DNA from: Candidatus Obscuribacterales bacterium
GTDB taxonomy: Bacteria > Cyanobacteriota > Vampirovibrionia > Obscuribacterales > Obscuribacteraceae
Length of the DNA: 64,000 bases
Direction: 5' to 3'
NCBI GenBank assembly: GCA_965228855.1
Contig: CBDDIJ010000003.1
Coordinates: forward strand, 2,592,001 to 2,656,000
Notes under the pieces: generated by a model
Told to the model about the DNA's origin: nothing
The model's database searches: none
The model's input: only the letters and a program-made list of their open reading frames with translations
Shown here: positions 51,360 through 60,842 of the stretch, piece by piece
How positions within the stretch are numbered: the stretch's first letter is position 1
Layout: every line of letters begins with the position of its first letter
Program-made: the position numbers and the translations under genes

Positions 51360-53831
51360 ATGAATTCGAATTATCGCACCGCAATATTGTTCGTCTGCGC
51401 TGTTATTGTTTTGTTCGCCGGAACAGCTCGAATTGTTCGCGCAGACGAAACCTACCAGACGCCCGCAAAAATCATTGCTGATCTGGTTCAGAAACCGCCA
51501 ACGCCGGCCGCTACACTTTCGTTCGACAAGAAACACATGCTGCTGTGCGACTTGCCGACGCTTCCAACAATCGCAGACATCTCGCAACCGGAATTACGTT
51601 TGGCCGGTTTCCGCATAAATCCTAAAACAACCGGAGAAAGCAAACCCACTTACTATACGGGTTTGTCCTACCTCGACATGTCAAATCCAGGCGCGAAGCT
51701 AGAGCCAATCAGGGGCTTACCGCAACCTGCGAAAATAAAACATATGAGCTGGTCGGCGGATTGCAAAACAGTCGCCTTCACCATCCTTGAAGACGACGCA
51801 TACAGACTATGGAAGCTCGACATTCCATCGAGACAAGCAAGCAAATTAATTGACGCACCACTCAATGCATTCGTGGGAAGCCCGATAGACTGGGCGTCGG
51901 ATGGCACATTGTACGTTCGACTGCTACCGGATGAAAGAGGCAGCCTTCCGGAAAAGGTTTCAGTCCCGCGTGGTCCCCTCGTGCAGGAGAATGACGGGAA
52001 GAAACGGCCGGCAAGGACGCAGCCGGATACTCTAAAGAACGCGCATGACGAGGCGCTTTTCGACTATTATTTAAAATCCCAAATTGCCCACGTTTTTCTG
52101 GATGGTCGCGTGGAAAAAATCGGAAGCGCCGACAACTACTCTGGAATAAATCCATCACCAGACGCGAAGCACTTGCTCGCAATCACAGTCCACAAGCCCT
52201 ATTCGTACAAGGTCACGATGGAACGTTTTCCTCACCGCATCGAGGTCTGGGATACAAAAGGGAATGTGGAAAAACTGCTTGCCGACAATCCGCTAATGGA
52301 AGAAGTTCCAATTGATTTCAACGCAGTGCCCAACTGCCCGCGCTCTTTCGACTGGCGCTCGGACACTGACGCTACGGTGACCTGGGTAGAAGCACGTGAC
52401 GGTGGAGACCCCAAAGTCAAAGCGGAGATTCGTGACGAAGTTCTGGCGCTCGCGGCGCCGTTTACCGCTAAACCGACCGCAATAGCGCACACTGCATTGC
52501 GCTACAGCGGCATTACATGGGGCGACGGTCAACTCGCCCTGTTGCGCGAATGGTGGTGGAATGATCGAAGAACGAAAACATCGATGTTCTCTCCGGATGA
52601 TCCGAAGAAACCGGTCCGCGTTGTATGGGACCGCTCTTACGAAGACAGATACAGCGATCCAGGCCGACCGGATACGAGAGTGAACTCAAGGCGACAGTCC
52701 GTTCTTCATGTCACCGCCCGCGGTGAATTCATTCTGACCGGAGACGGTGCGTCTCCTGAAGGCGATCGACCATTCTTAGACCTGTTCGACATCAAAACGT
52801 TTAAAACCAAACGACTATGGCGATCCGAAGCCCCATACTACGAGTATGCAGCAACTATGCTGAATGACGAAGGCACGCGCTTTCTGTCGCGCAGAGAATC
52901 TGTTTCTGAACAACCTCAATATTTCATCCGGGACCTGAACAAAAATTCCCTGACGCAAGTGACCAGATTTCCGAACCCAAATCCTGACATTTCCGGTCGA
53001 ATAGAGAAGAAACTTGTTCGATACAAACGAGCTGATGGTGTCGACCTTTCAGGCATCCTATACACCCCTCCTGGTTTTGAAGCTGGAAAATCAAAACCGA
53101 TTCCAATGCTCATGTGGGTTTATCCATCTGAATTTAAAACCAAAAGTGCCGCCTCGCAGGTACAAGATTCGCCATATCGCTTCGTTCGGCTGAGTCATTT
53201 CGGACCGGCATTTGCTCTTCTCATGGGCTTCTCCGTGCTAGACGATCCAGCGATGCCGATTGTCGGAGAGGGCAAAATTGAACCAAATGATACGTACGTA
53301 GAGCAACTGGTATCAGACGCCACCGCTGCAGTTGATGAAGTGGTGAAGCTAGGCGTAGCAGATAGAGACCGCATTGCCATCGCCGGGCACTCTTATGGAG
53401 CATTCACCGCTGCTAATTTGCTTGCCCATACGAATCTGTTTCGCGCCGGTATCGCCCGTAGTGGCGCGTTCAATCGCACGCTCACGCCGTTCGGTTTCCA
53501 ATCTGAAGAGCGGGCATTTTGGGACGCCAAGGACACCTACGTCAAAATGTCGCCCTTTACTCACGCCGACAAAATAGACGAGCCCCTCTTGCTGATCCAC
53601 GGCGAAAACGATGACAATTCGGGCACCTATCCGGTGCAGAGCGAGCGACTTTTCGAAGCGATGAAGGGTCTCGGCGGTCGAGTTCGCTGGGTTGTGCTGC
53701 CTAACGAAACGCATGGATACCGCGCTCGCGAATCCGTTCTGCACACACTAAAAGAAATGGCCGATTGGCTCAACAAGTACGTGGAGAATGCTCCGGCACG
53801 CGCCCAGGTTCAACAAAAAAACGAGGGATGA
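51360..53831 (+). CDS. S9 prolyl-oligopeptidase-family serine peptidase (glutamyl endopeptidase-like)
   Basis: Signal peptide; GHSYG nucleophile, GIARSGAFNRTLTPFGFQ, LLIHGEND, ETHGY. Confidence 0.92.
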   Translation: MNSNYRTAILFVCAVIVLFAGTARIVRADETYQTPAKIIADLVQKPPTPAATLSFDKKHMLLCDLPTLPTIADISQPELRLAGFRINPKTTGESKPTYYTGLSYLDMSNPGAKLEPIRGLPQPAKIKHMSWSADCKTVAFTILEDDAYRLWKLDIPSRQASKLIDAPLNAFVGSPIDWASDGTLYVRLLPDERGSLPEKVSVPRGPLVQENDGKKRPARTQPDTLKNAHDEALFDYYLKSQIAHVFLDGRVEKIGSADNYSGINPSPDAKHLLAITVHKPYSYKVTMERFPHRIEVWDTKGNVEKLLADNPLMEEVPIDFNAVPNCPRSFDWRSDTDATVTWVEARDGGDPKVKAEIRDEVLALAAPFTAKPTAIAHTALRYSGITWGDGQLALLREWWWNDRRTKTSMFSPDDPKKPVRVVWDRSYEDRYSDPGRPDTRVNSRRQSVLHVTARGEFILTGDGASPEGDRPFLDLFDIKTFKTKRLWRSEAPYYEYAATMLNDEGTRFLSRRESVSEQPQYFIRDLNKNSLTQVTRFPNPNPDISGRIEKKLVRYKRADGVDLSGILYTPPGFEAGKSKPIPMLMWVYPSEFKTKSAASQVQDSPYRFVRLSHFGPAFALLMGFSVLDDPAMPIVGEGKIEPNDTYVEQLVSDATAAVDEVVKLGVADRDRIAIAGHSYGAFTAANLLAHTNLFRAGIARSGAFNRTLTPFGFQSEERAFWDAKDTYVKMSPFTHADKIDEPLLLIHGENDDNSGTYPVQSERLFEAMKGLGGRVRWVVLPNETHGYRARESVLHTLKEMADWLNKYVENAPARAQVQQKNEG

Positions 53832-53835
53832 ACGA

Positions 53836-53851
53836 GCACCGCTAGCGGTGC
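53836..53851. terminator. Palindrome between convergent S9 peptidase and dnaB
   Basis: Perfect 16-bp palindrome GCACCGCTAGCGGTGC; no strong U-tract. Confidence 0.4.
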
Positions 53852-53854
53852 GTG

Positions 53855-56800
53855 TTAACCGCCGCCTTCGGCTCCCGTATACTGCGTATGTACCTTATTC
53901 AGGAAGCGAGTGATGCTTCCTTGATAAAGCAGGTCCACAGTTCCGACCGGACCGTTCCGTTGTTTAGCCACGATGATCTCAGCTTCTCCGCGACGGTCAG
54001 TCTCAGGATTGTAATATTCATCCCGATAGATAAACATCACAAGATCCGCGTCTTGCTCAATACTATTGTGCACAACGATATCATTAGCTACGAAATTATG
54101 GTGCTCATCGACGGTGAGATCATACACAGGCATCTCGCCGCAAGAGTCTATCGAAACGATCTCATCCCAGTAAATATCACTTTGAGCAAGAGCCGACAGC
54201 GCTGGGGAATCCAATGCCTTTGATATGCGCAACGCTCGCTCCCTGCTCAAGGAGCTCTTATAAAGAGAGGTACCACAATAGGACATTCCGATCCCTTGCT
54301 GAAACGCGCGTGTGGACTGCCCACTGGCTAGACGAGCTGGCTCAACAAGCGAATACCAGGTTTCACGAGGAATGAGATCACGATTTGTATTCGGCTTAAG
54401 CGCCTGCAAGTGATTAATTGACCTTTCCAGTACGGTCTGCCGCCTTGTGTCGCGCAAACCAATAAGCTGAAGGAACGTTAGCTGCTCAGGCTGTCCAGAG
54501 ATCGTAACGTGGAACTGATCCCTACCCTTGTTGTGCTGAGAAACGCAAACAATCCTCGCGTTAATGCCTAATCTCAACAGAAGCGACTGAACACCTCTCG
54601 CAAGTTCTGGGCTACTCGTAGCGTAGAAAATTCGCGGAGATGAATTTCTGTGGGAAATTGTACCGTCGGTAGACCAAAGGTAGCGAAGGAACACCGCAAT
54701 TAATGAGTTGGGCTGACAAAAAACTTGGTCTGGAATACGTTTTTCAGACGAGCGAAGATTAAAAATGCCGAGGCGATCCAACCATCTAGCTATCGGATTC
54801 CTTTTGCCATGAGTGAGCCGCTCAGCACTGGGTAAGTAGGTCTGGTACCAATTCCTTTCTCGCTTTATTCTGGGCTTGATTTGATCTCCAAAAATCTCAA
54901 CTGCTAAATTGGCCGCTTCAATGGCTAGGTCTTCATCTGCGCTTGTGTACTGGATCGCGTGCCGAGCCAGCGTGCAACCATCTCCGATGAGCAAACCGAG
55001 TAGTTTTAACTCGGCTGGTAGCATACTCGGAACCTCGACAGATGGTAGAGTTCGTGGCATCGCTAAACGCTCACCAACCTGCATCTCATCCAGTCGCTTC
55101 CAACCACTTATTGTTAGAAACTTATGATTCGCTGTCGCGGTAATCTTTCTATTTAGCCGCGTTGTTAGTTCGAAAACCGGCTTAACGCCCGTGCAAAAAG
55201 AATTTGTCACTTCGCGAGGTTCCAGTTTAAAGGTATCCACGTTGAGCGCCAAAACCTTGAACCCAGTCTTTCCTACAAGGCTATCAATGCGAACGTACTC
55301 GCCAGTGTCAGGTAAGAATATTTTGGTATCGCCGGATAAGCATCCGGATTCACGTAGGTCAGACAACATTGGTCGCTTGTTCTGACGAGCTTCCACCGCA
55401 CGGGAAAGCTGAGACAGAGCCAACACCGGGACATTCACCTCACGCGCGAGCTGCTTGAGTGAACGCGAGATTTCCGAAACTTCCTGCACCCGGTTGTCCG
55501 TAGCTTTTCTACCTTGCATGAGCTGGATGTAGTCGATGATGACCATGCCCAGCCCACCTTCAGCTTTCAAACGTCGGCACTTCGCGCGAATTTCCAATGC
55601 ATTACACAAAGCGGAGTCATCAATATAAATCGGCGATTCGCCTAAACGTCCCATCGATGTGGCCAGCTTCGTCCAATCGGAAGTGTGCATATGACCGGTT
55701 CTCAACCGGTTGGCATCGATCTCGGCGTCCGAGCAAAGCATACGCATAACCAGAGACTCTTTCGACATTTCCAGACTGAATATCGCAACAGGAACGTTAT
55801 TCTCAACGGCGGCAGCTCTAGCGAGGTTGAGAACCAGTGCGGTGTTGTGAACGCAAATATCGTTTGAAACAAAATTGTGCGTTTCTGGAATCGTTAAGTC
55901 GTAAATTTGTTTCGCTCCCATCGCGTCGATCGAAACAATCTCGTCCCAGTAGATGTCGCTTATCGAATCCGCATCATCGCTGTCGATCTCGCAGTATGGA
56001 GCCTTCAGTTCTTCCACACCGAAGATTCCTATTTTGCTCAAGAACTTCTGAATTGAATTCGGTTCGATAATGTCCAATTGGAAAGTTTGTTTTCGTCGGT
56101 CGACAAAACGCACTCTGCGATTCACCGCAGATAAAACGCCGAAACGCAAGAGTAGATGCTGAATCTGCTTGGCAGTTCGTTCATTGGACGTGACATATGC
56201 AATTTGCAAATCACCATCGTCATCGATAGAAACTCTGCTTGCTGAAGCAAAAAGACGATTGAGGAAAAGCGCAAGTTGTCTCTTCGGCAGAGTAAAAGCA
56301 GCCGACGGAATCTCAGTCACAGCGCCATTTACAGGCAGACCAACGCTTTCGCGCCAGTCCGACATCGGGTTGCTTCCCAACCACGTCGGTCGCGGGCTCA
56401 CATTTATTCCAGCATGACGTTCATAAGCGTCATAACCGGCAGCTCGCTTCAGCGCTTCCTTGCCTTGCAGCTCAGCCACTGCATCTTGGAAGTCCTTCTG
56501 CAGCATCGGGTTGAAGTTGGTGAAGCTTACCTGACCGCGGCGAAGCGATCCATCGCCGGCAAGAAGCGCCATCACTTTCACTTCGCAATCGCGCAGTTCC
56601 TTAGACCCAAAGATTGGAATTTGGCGTGGGATCGCGATCCTGTCGCCCACCTTGATTTGCTCAAGTCTGGTCCAGCCTGCACGAGTCAGGAACGGATGAG
56701 ACAAGGTAGTTTCGATACTCCGTCCTAAACGGGTAGTGACGCGGAAGACAGGTTTTATACCATCATCGACAAAATGGCTTGGCTGCACGATGCGCAATTT

Positions 56801-57568
56801 CAAATCATCACAGAGAGTGAGAAGATCGGCGCTGCCCGCTTTGAAAATTTCTTCAATTGTAGCGACTCGACCATCGCCGAGAACAATTTCCGAATCGAAC
56901 GCAAGGCATTTACCCATCGACGGACGGGCAGCGATAATGACCAGGTCGGAGGGCTGGAATCCCGCTGTCATGGCATCGAGGTCGTAAAACCCGGACGGCA
57001 CGCCTGATAGCGCATCGCGATTTTCATAACGCGCTTCGATCTGCTGGAACGAAGTTTCGACGATGTGCTTCACGTGCACAAGCTGTTGCATCTCACGCTT
57101 TTGCGCGAGTTGGAAAATCATATGCTCGGCGCGATCGAGCGCCACGTCGGCATCGGGTTCTTCATAACAGCTGCCCACAATTTCTGTTCCAGCTTTGATG
57201 AGCTGGCGCAAAATTGCTTTTTCTTGAACGACTTTGGAGTAATACTCCAGGTTGGCGGTGGTTGCGACCGACAGCGATAGGTCCGTGATGTACTGCCGTC
57301 CGCCGACCATATCGAGCTTGCCCTCATCGGACAAGAACTGAGATACGGTCACGATATCGATAGGTTCGCTGCTCTCGTACAAGTCGAGCATCGCCGCGTA
57401 AATGACCTGGTGAGCCTTGCGATAAAAATATTCGGCTTCCAGAAGGTCGACGATTCGCGACACGCCATCGCCACTGCACAGTAGCGCTCCCAACACCGCC
57501 TGCTCGGCTTCGAGCGACTGCGGAGGCAGCCGTTCGAGTGTAGATTCGCCACTAAGTTCGCCGTCCAT
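53855..57568 (-). CDS. dnaB: Replicative DNA helicase DnaB precursor with two inteins (mature ~456 aa)
   Basis: PPQSLEAEQAVLG, AARPSMGK/T, FSLEM, IIDYIQLM, LSQLSR, SDLRESG/SIEQDAD, KQRNGP. Confidence 0.98.
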   Translation of the reverse strand: MDGELSGESTLERLPPQSLEAEQAVLGALLCSGDGVSRIVDLLEAEYFYRKAHQVIYAAMLDLYESSEPIDIVTVSQFLSDEGKLDMVGGRQYITDLSLSVATTANLEYYSKVVQEKAILRQLIKAGTEIVGSCYEEPDADVALDRAEHMIFQLAQKREMQQLVHVKHIVETSFQQIEARYENRDALSGVPSGFYDLDAMTAGFQPSDLVIIAARPSMGKCLAFDSEIVLGDGRVATIEEIFKAGSADLLTLCDDLKLRIVQPSHFVDDGIKPVFRVTTRLGRSIETTLSHPFLTRAGWTRLEQIKVGDRIAIPRQIPIFGSKELRDCEVKVMALLAGDGSLRRGQVSFTNFNPMLQKDFQDAVAELQGKEALKRAAGYDAYERHAGINVSPRPTWLGSNPMSDWRESVGLPVNGAVTEIPSAAFTLPKRQLALFLNRLFASASRVSIDDDGDLQIAYVTSNERTAKQIQHLLLRFGVLSAVNRRVRFVDRRKQTFQLDIIEPNSIQKFLSKIGIFGVEELKAPYCEIDSDDADSISDIYWDEIVSIDAMGAKQIYDLTIPETHNFVSNDICVHNTALVLNLARAAAVENNVPVAIFSLEMSKESLVMRMLCSDAEIDANRLRTGHMHTSDWTKLATSMGRLGESPIYIDDSALCNALEIRAKCRRLKAEGGLGMVIIDYIQLMQGRKATDNRVQEVSEISRSLKQLAREVNVPVLALSQLSRAVEARQNKRPMLSDLRESGCLSGDTKIFLPDTGEYVRIDSLVGKTGFKVLALNVDTFKLEPREVTNSFCTGVKPVFELTTRLNRKITATANHKFLTISGWKRLDEMQVGERLAMPRTLPSVEVPSMLPAELKLLGLLIGDGCTLARHAIQYTSADEDLAIEAANLAVEIFGDQIKPRIKRERNWYQTYLPSAERLTHGKRNPIARWLDRLGIFNLRSSEKRIPDQVFCQPNSLIAVFLRYLWSTDGTISHRNSSPRIFYATSSPELARGVQSLLLRLGINARIVCVSQHNKGRDQFHVTISGQPEQLTFLQLIGLRDTRRQTVLERSINHLQALKPNTNRDLIPRETWYSLVEPARLASGQSTRAFQQGIGMSYCGTSLYKSSLSRERALRISKALDSPALSALAQSDIYWDEIVSIDSCGEMPVYDLTVDEHHNFVANDIVVHNSIEQDADLVMFIYRDEYYNPETDRRGEAEIIVAKQRNGPVGTVDLLYQGSITRFLNKVHTQYTGAEGGG
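54065..55342 (-). mobile_element. Intein 2 (426 aa) at the RESG|SIEQD site, with LAGLIDADG endonuclease
   Basis: RESG|CLSGDT...TANHKFL...LLGLLIGDG...FLRYLWSTDG...VYDLTVDEHHNFVANDIVVHN|S. Confidence 0.96.
55844..56908 (-). mobile_element. Intein 1 (355 aa) in the DnaB Walker A motif, with LAGLIDADG domain
   Basis: GK|CLAFDS...TLSHPF...IYDLTIPETHNFVSNDICVHN|T. Confidence 0.95.
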
Positions 57569-58042
57569 CAACTAACTCCTCGGTCCCTAAGGTGGTCTGC
57601 GAAATCGCGACCCAAGTTCAAATCGTTGGATAGAAACTGTTTGCGCTCCTGCAATAGCAAGACGCGCCGATATATGCATTGCATATAAACCAGCAACGTC
57701 TGAGGCAACTTCTCATGCGCCGGACTGGCTCTGCGTCTATATCGAGTTTTCACTTTGCTTACCTAATAGGATACAGAATCCCATGCCGAATCGGTACGAT
57801 CATTGCTCTAATGAATACGGCTCCAGGTCTATATTTTCGAGAACTAGAGAATATCGACAAGAGAGGCAAAAGATATCTTCAATAAGTTAAAACACAATCT
57901 GAAGGTTCATTCCACGGCAAAACAGAGACGTGCGCCGTTTCCGCTCCAGGAACGGAAAGAAGAGACGGAACGAGCATTCCCGATATGAATTCTAATATGG
58001 ACTCTTTTTTATAAAAGACTAGAGACTGCGGTCGCAACCGTT

Positions 58043-59857
58043 CTAATCTTCCTCGAGCGAGGACGTGTCGCCCGTCGGCAAACCAAGCTCCCAAGCCTTT
58101 AACAGACGGCGCATAATTTTGCCTGAACGCGTTTTCGGAAGACTTTCCTTAACTTCGATTTCGCGGGGATAGGCATGTGCAGCCAACTGACGCTTAGTGT
58201 GTTCTCGAATGCTTTCCAGCAACTCATCGCTCGCGGAGAAACCGTTAGCGAGGACGACGAACGCCTTAATAATCTCACCGCGCTCCTTGTCCGGCTTTCC
58301 GATAACACCGGCTTCCGCAACCGCTTCGTGCTCAACCAGGGCAGACTCGACCTCGAACGGTCCGACGCGGTGTCCGGCAGTGTTGATCACGTCATCTGCG
58401 CGCCCGACAAACCAGAAGTAGCCGTCTTCGTCTTTCCAGGCATTATCGCCGCTAAAGTACCATCCCGGGATCTTGAAATACTCGTCGAACTTTTCCTTGT
58501 TGCGCCAGATCCGGCGAAGCATCGACGGCCAGCCCGGTTTCACAACCAGTCGTCCCAGTTTACCGGCTTCCACTTCCTCACCGTCATCATCAACTACTGC
58601 GGCGTAAACGCCTGGAAGCGGTTTACCCATCGATCCAGGTTTAACAGACATGCACGGAATGTTCGCAATCAACTGCATGCCGGTTTCCGTCTGCCACCAG
58701 TTATCGTGAATCGGAAGACCATAGACTTTCATTCCCCAGCGTACGACTTCCGGGTTCAGCGGCTCCCCTACGCTCAAAATATGTCGCAGACTTTCCAGAC
58801 TGTTGCGAAAAACCACATCATCGCCCGCTTTCATCAACATACGCAAAGCGGTCGGCGCCGTGTACCAGACAGTGACCTTCAAACGGTCGATCACTTTGTA
58901 CCAGCTATCGGCGTCGAACCGGCCTTCGTATGAAACGACCGAAGCGCCATTTGACCAGGGACCGAAGATACCATATACGGTGCCCGTGACCCAACCAGGG
59001 TCAGCCGTGCACCAATAGACATCATCATCTTTGAGGTCCAGAACCCATTTTGACGTCATGTGGTGCCCAATAATGTCATTGTGCACGTGAACGACGCCTT
59101 TCGGTTTTCCTGTCGTACCAGATGTGTAGAGCAGATACAGAGGGTCTTCGACATCAGTTCTTTCGCACTCGAATTTGTCCGATTGCTTCGAGACCAGCTC
59201 ATCATAGGTATATTCGCGTTCTTTCAGTTTCGACTTATCACCGTCAACAACGATGGTGTACTGCAAGTCAGGCAGGTCATGCATGATTCCATCAAGCTTC
59301 GGCTTCAACTCCGGATTGGTGATGATGACAATTGCACCACTGTCCTGAAGTCTGTCACGCAGAGCGTCAGGTCCGAATGCCGAGAAGAGAGGACCGGCAA
59401 TTGCTCCAACTTTCGCAATCGCTACTGTAGAAATGTAGAGTTCCGGTACACGCGGGAGGAAAACGAAGACTCGATCGCCTTTTTTGACGCCGAGTTCCTT
59501 CAGAGCGTTAGCCATTCTGTTCGACTCTTCGTAGATGTCTTGGAAGGTGAACTTCTCGAGATTGTTTTTAGCGTCGATAGCGTACAGAGCGACTTTGTTT
59601 CGCTTTCCATCGTGCATATGCCTATCGACAGCGTTGTAGGCAGCGTTCAGTTTGGAGCCGGTAAACCAGGTGAGTTCCTTGCGAGCGTCCTGCCAATCAA
59701 AAGAGGCATATTCGCTCTCGTAATTTTGTAGATTCGGACTGACCGGAAACTTTTTGATTATTTCTTTGCGCACACCAGGTGTCTGGCCATCTTGCTCGAG
59801 GCTGGGCTCTTCCGCACTTTTGCCTTTTGATTTGCCGGGGCTGTCAACCAGTTTCAT
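58043..59857 (-). CDS. acsA: Acetate--CoA ligase
   Basis: LYTSGTTGKPKGV, WCTADPGWVTG, SVGEPLNPE, WWQTETG, LPKTRSGKIMRR; GGAGGT SD. Confidence 0.95.
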   Translation of the reverse strand: MKLVDSPGKSKGKSAEEPSLEQDGQTPGVRKEIIKKFPVSPNLQNYESEYASFDWQDARKELTWFTGSKLNAAYNAVDRHMHDGKRNKVALYAIDAKNNLEKFTFQDIYEESNRMANALKELGVKKGDRVFVFLPRVPELYISTVAIAKVGAIAGPLFSAFGPDALRDRLQDSGAIVIITNPELKPKLDGIMHDLPDLQYTIVVDGDKSKLKEREYTYDELVSKQSDKFECERTDVEDPLYLLYTSGTTGKPKGVVHVHNDIIGHHMTSKWVLDLKDDDVYWCTADPGWVTGTVYGIFGPWSNGASVVSYEGRFDADSWYKVIDRLKVTVWYTAPTALRMLMKAGDDVVFRNSLESLRHILSVGEPLNPEVVRWGMKVYGLPIHDNWWQTETGMQLIANIPCMSVKPGSMGKPLPGVYAAVVDDDGEEVEAGKLGRLVVKPGWPSMLRRIWRNKEKFDEYFKIPGWYFSGDNAWKDEDGYFWFVGRADDVINTAGHRVGPFEVESALVEHEAVAEAGVIGKPDKERGEIIKAFVVLANGFSASDELLESIREHTKRQLAAHAYPREIEVKESLPKTRSGKIMRRLLKAWELGLPTGDTSSLEED

Positions 59858-60136
59858 CTCTACCTCCAGAACACTCAAATTCGATGACTTTCAGATACCG
59901 CGACGCCTTTCTAACCGACCAGGAGAACTCCTTGGCAAGAAATCCGTGCCGAGCAGCGCCTTATAAGTCGCTCGCGCACATAAGAACTGTATAGTCTATC
60001 GCCTTTCCAGCCCTTCTGTATCTTCCAATTCCAGGCTTGAATAGGATTAAGAAAAGCTGCGACCGTTTTGACACGTCAAAATCCGACCCCTGATGGGGTA
60101 AATTATTGATGTACGCGAGAATCTCGGGAGCTACTC

Positions 60137-60757
60137 ATGACAGCCAACTGGACGAACTACAAGATGCAGGCGATCAAGGCGCAGCAAAACCGCAATCTTG
60201 ACGAAGCCGAGCGCATGTGGACCGATGCCCTCAAGGAAGCCGAGAAGTTCGGCGAAAAAGACGGGCGTTTCGTCACCTCCGTGGACAATCTCGCTGCCGT
60301 GCTCTGGCAAAACGAAAAATTCGACAGAGCAGAGCCTCACTTTAAGAAAGCATTGATCATTAGAGAACGCACTTTCCCGCATGACCACGAGGATGTGGCC
60401 ACTTGCTGCAATAATCTCGCGTGCGTTTTATTCAAACGAGAAAAATACAAAGAAGCCGAAGAACTCTACATCCGCACTCTCAACGTGCGCGAAAAGCAGG
60501 ACGGGAAAAACAGCAAGGGGGTCGCAAACTGCCTGTATCAGCTAGGCATGGTGTTCCACGCGCAAAACCGCTACGAGAAGGCCGAGGACTATTACAAACA
60601 GGCGCTCGATATTAAAAACAAGATCTACGGTCCGGACCACGTAGAACTCGTGCATTTGCTGAAGAACTACGCACACCTTTTGAGAAAAACAAACCGCGAA
60701 CCCACAGCAGTTCAGATGGAACAGTTCGCGAAAACTATTGAAGATAAACAGAGATAG
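60137..60757 (+). CDS. Tetratricopeptide repeat protein
   Basis: Repeated NLA..L..Q.K...AE..Y..AL.I.E units of about 42 aa. Confidence 0.9.
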   Translation: MTANWTNYKMQAIKAQQNRNLDEAERMWTDALKEAEKFGEKDGRFVTSVDNLAAVLWQNEKFDRAEPHFKKALIIRERTFPHDHEDVATCCNNLACVLFKREKYKEAEELYIRTLNVREKQDGKNSKGVANCLYQLGMVFHAQNRYEKAEDYYKQALDIKNKIYGPDHVELVHLLKNYAHLLRKTNREPTAVQMEQFAKTIEDKQR

Positions 60758-60842
60758 CGGTCACGTTTCAATTGTCGTGATCTGACATGAAGCCAGTTTT
60801 CGCGCCGGCTATGCTATCAACTCGTACTCGCCCGGTTTTAAA

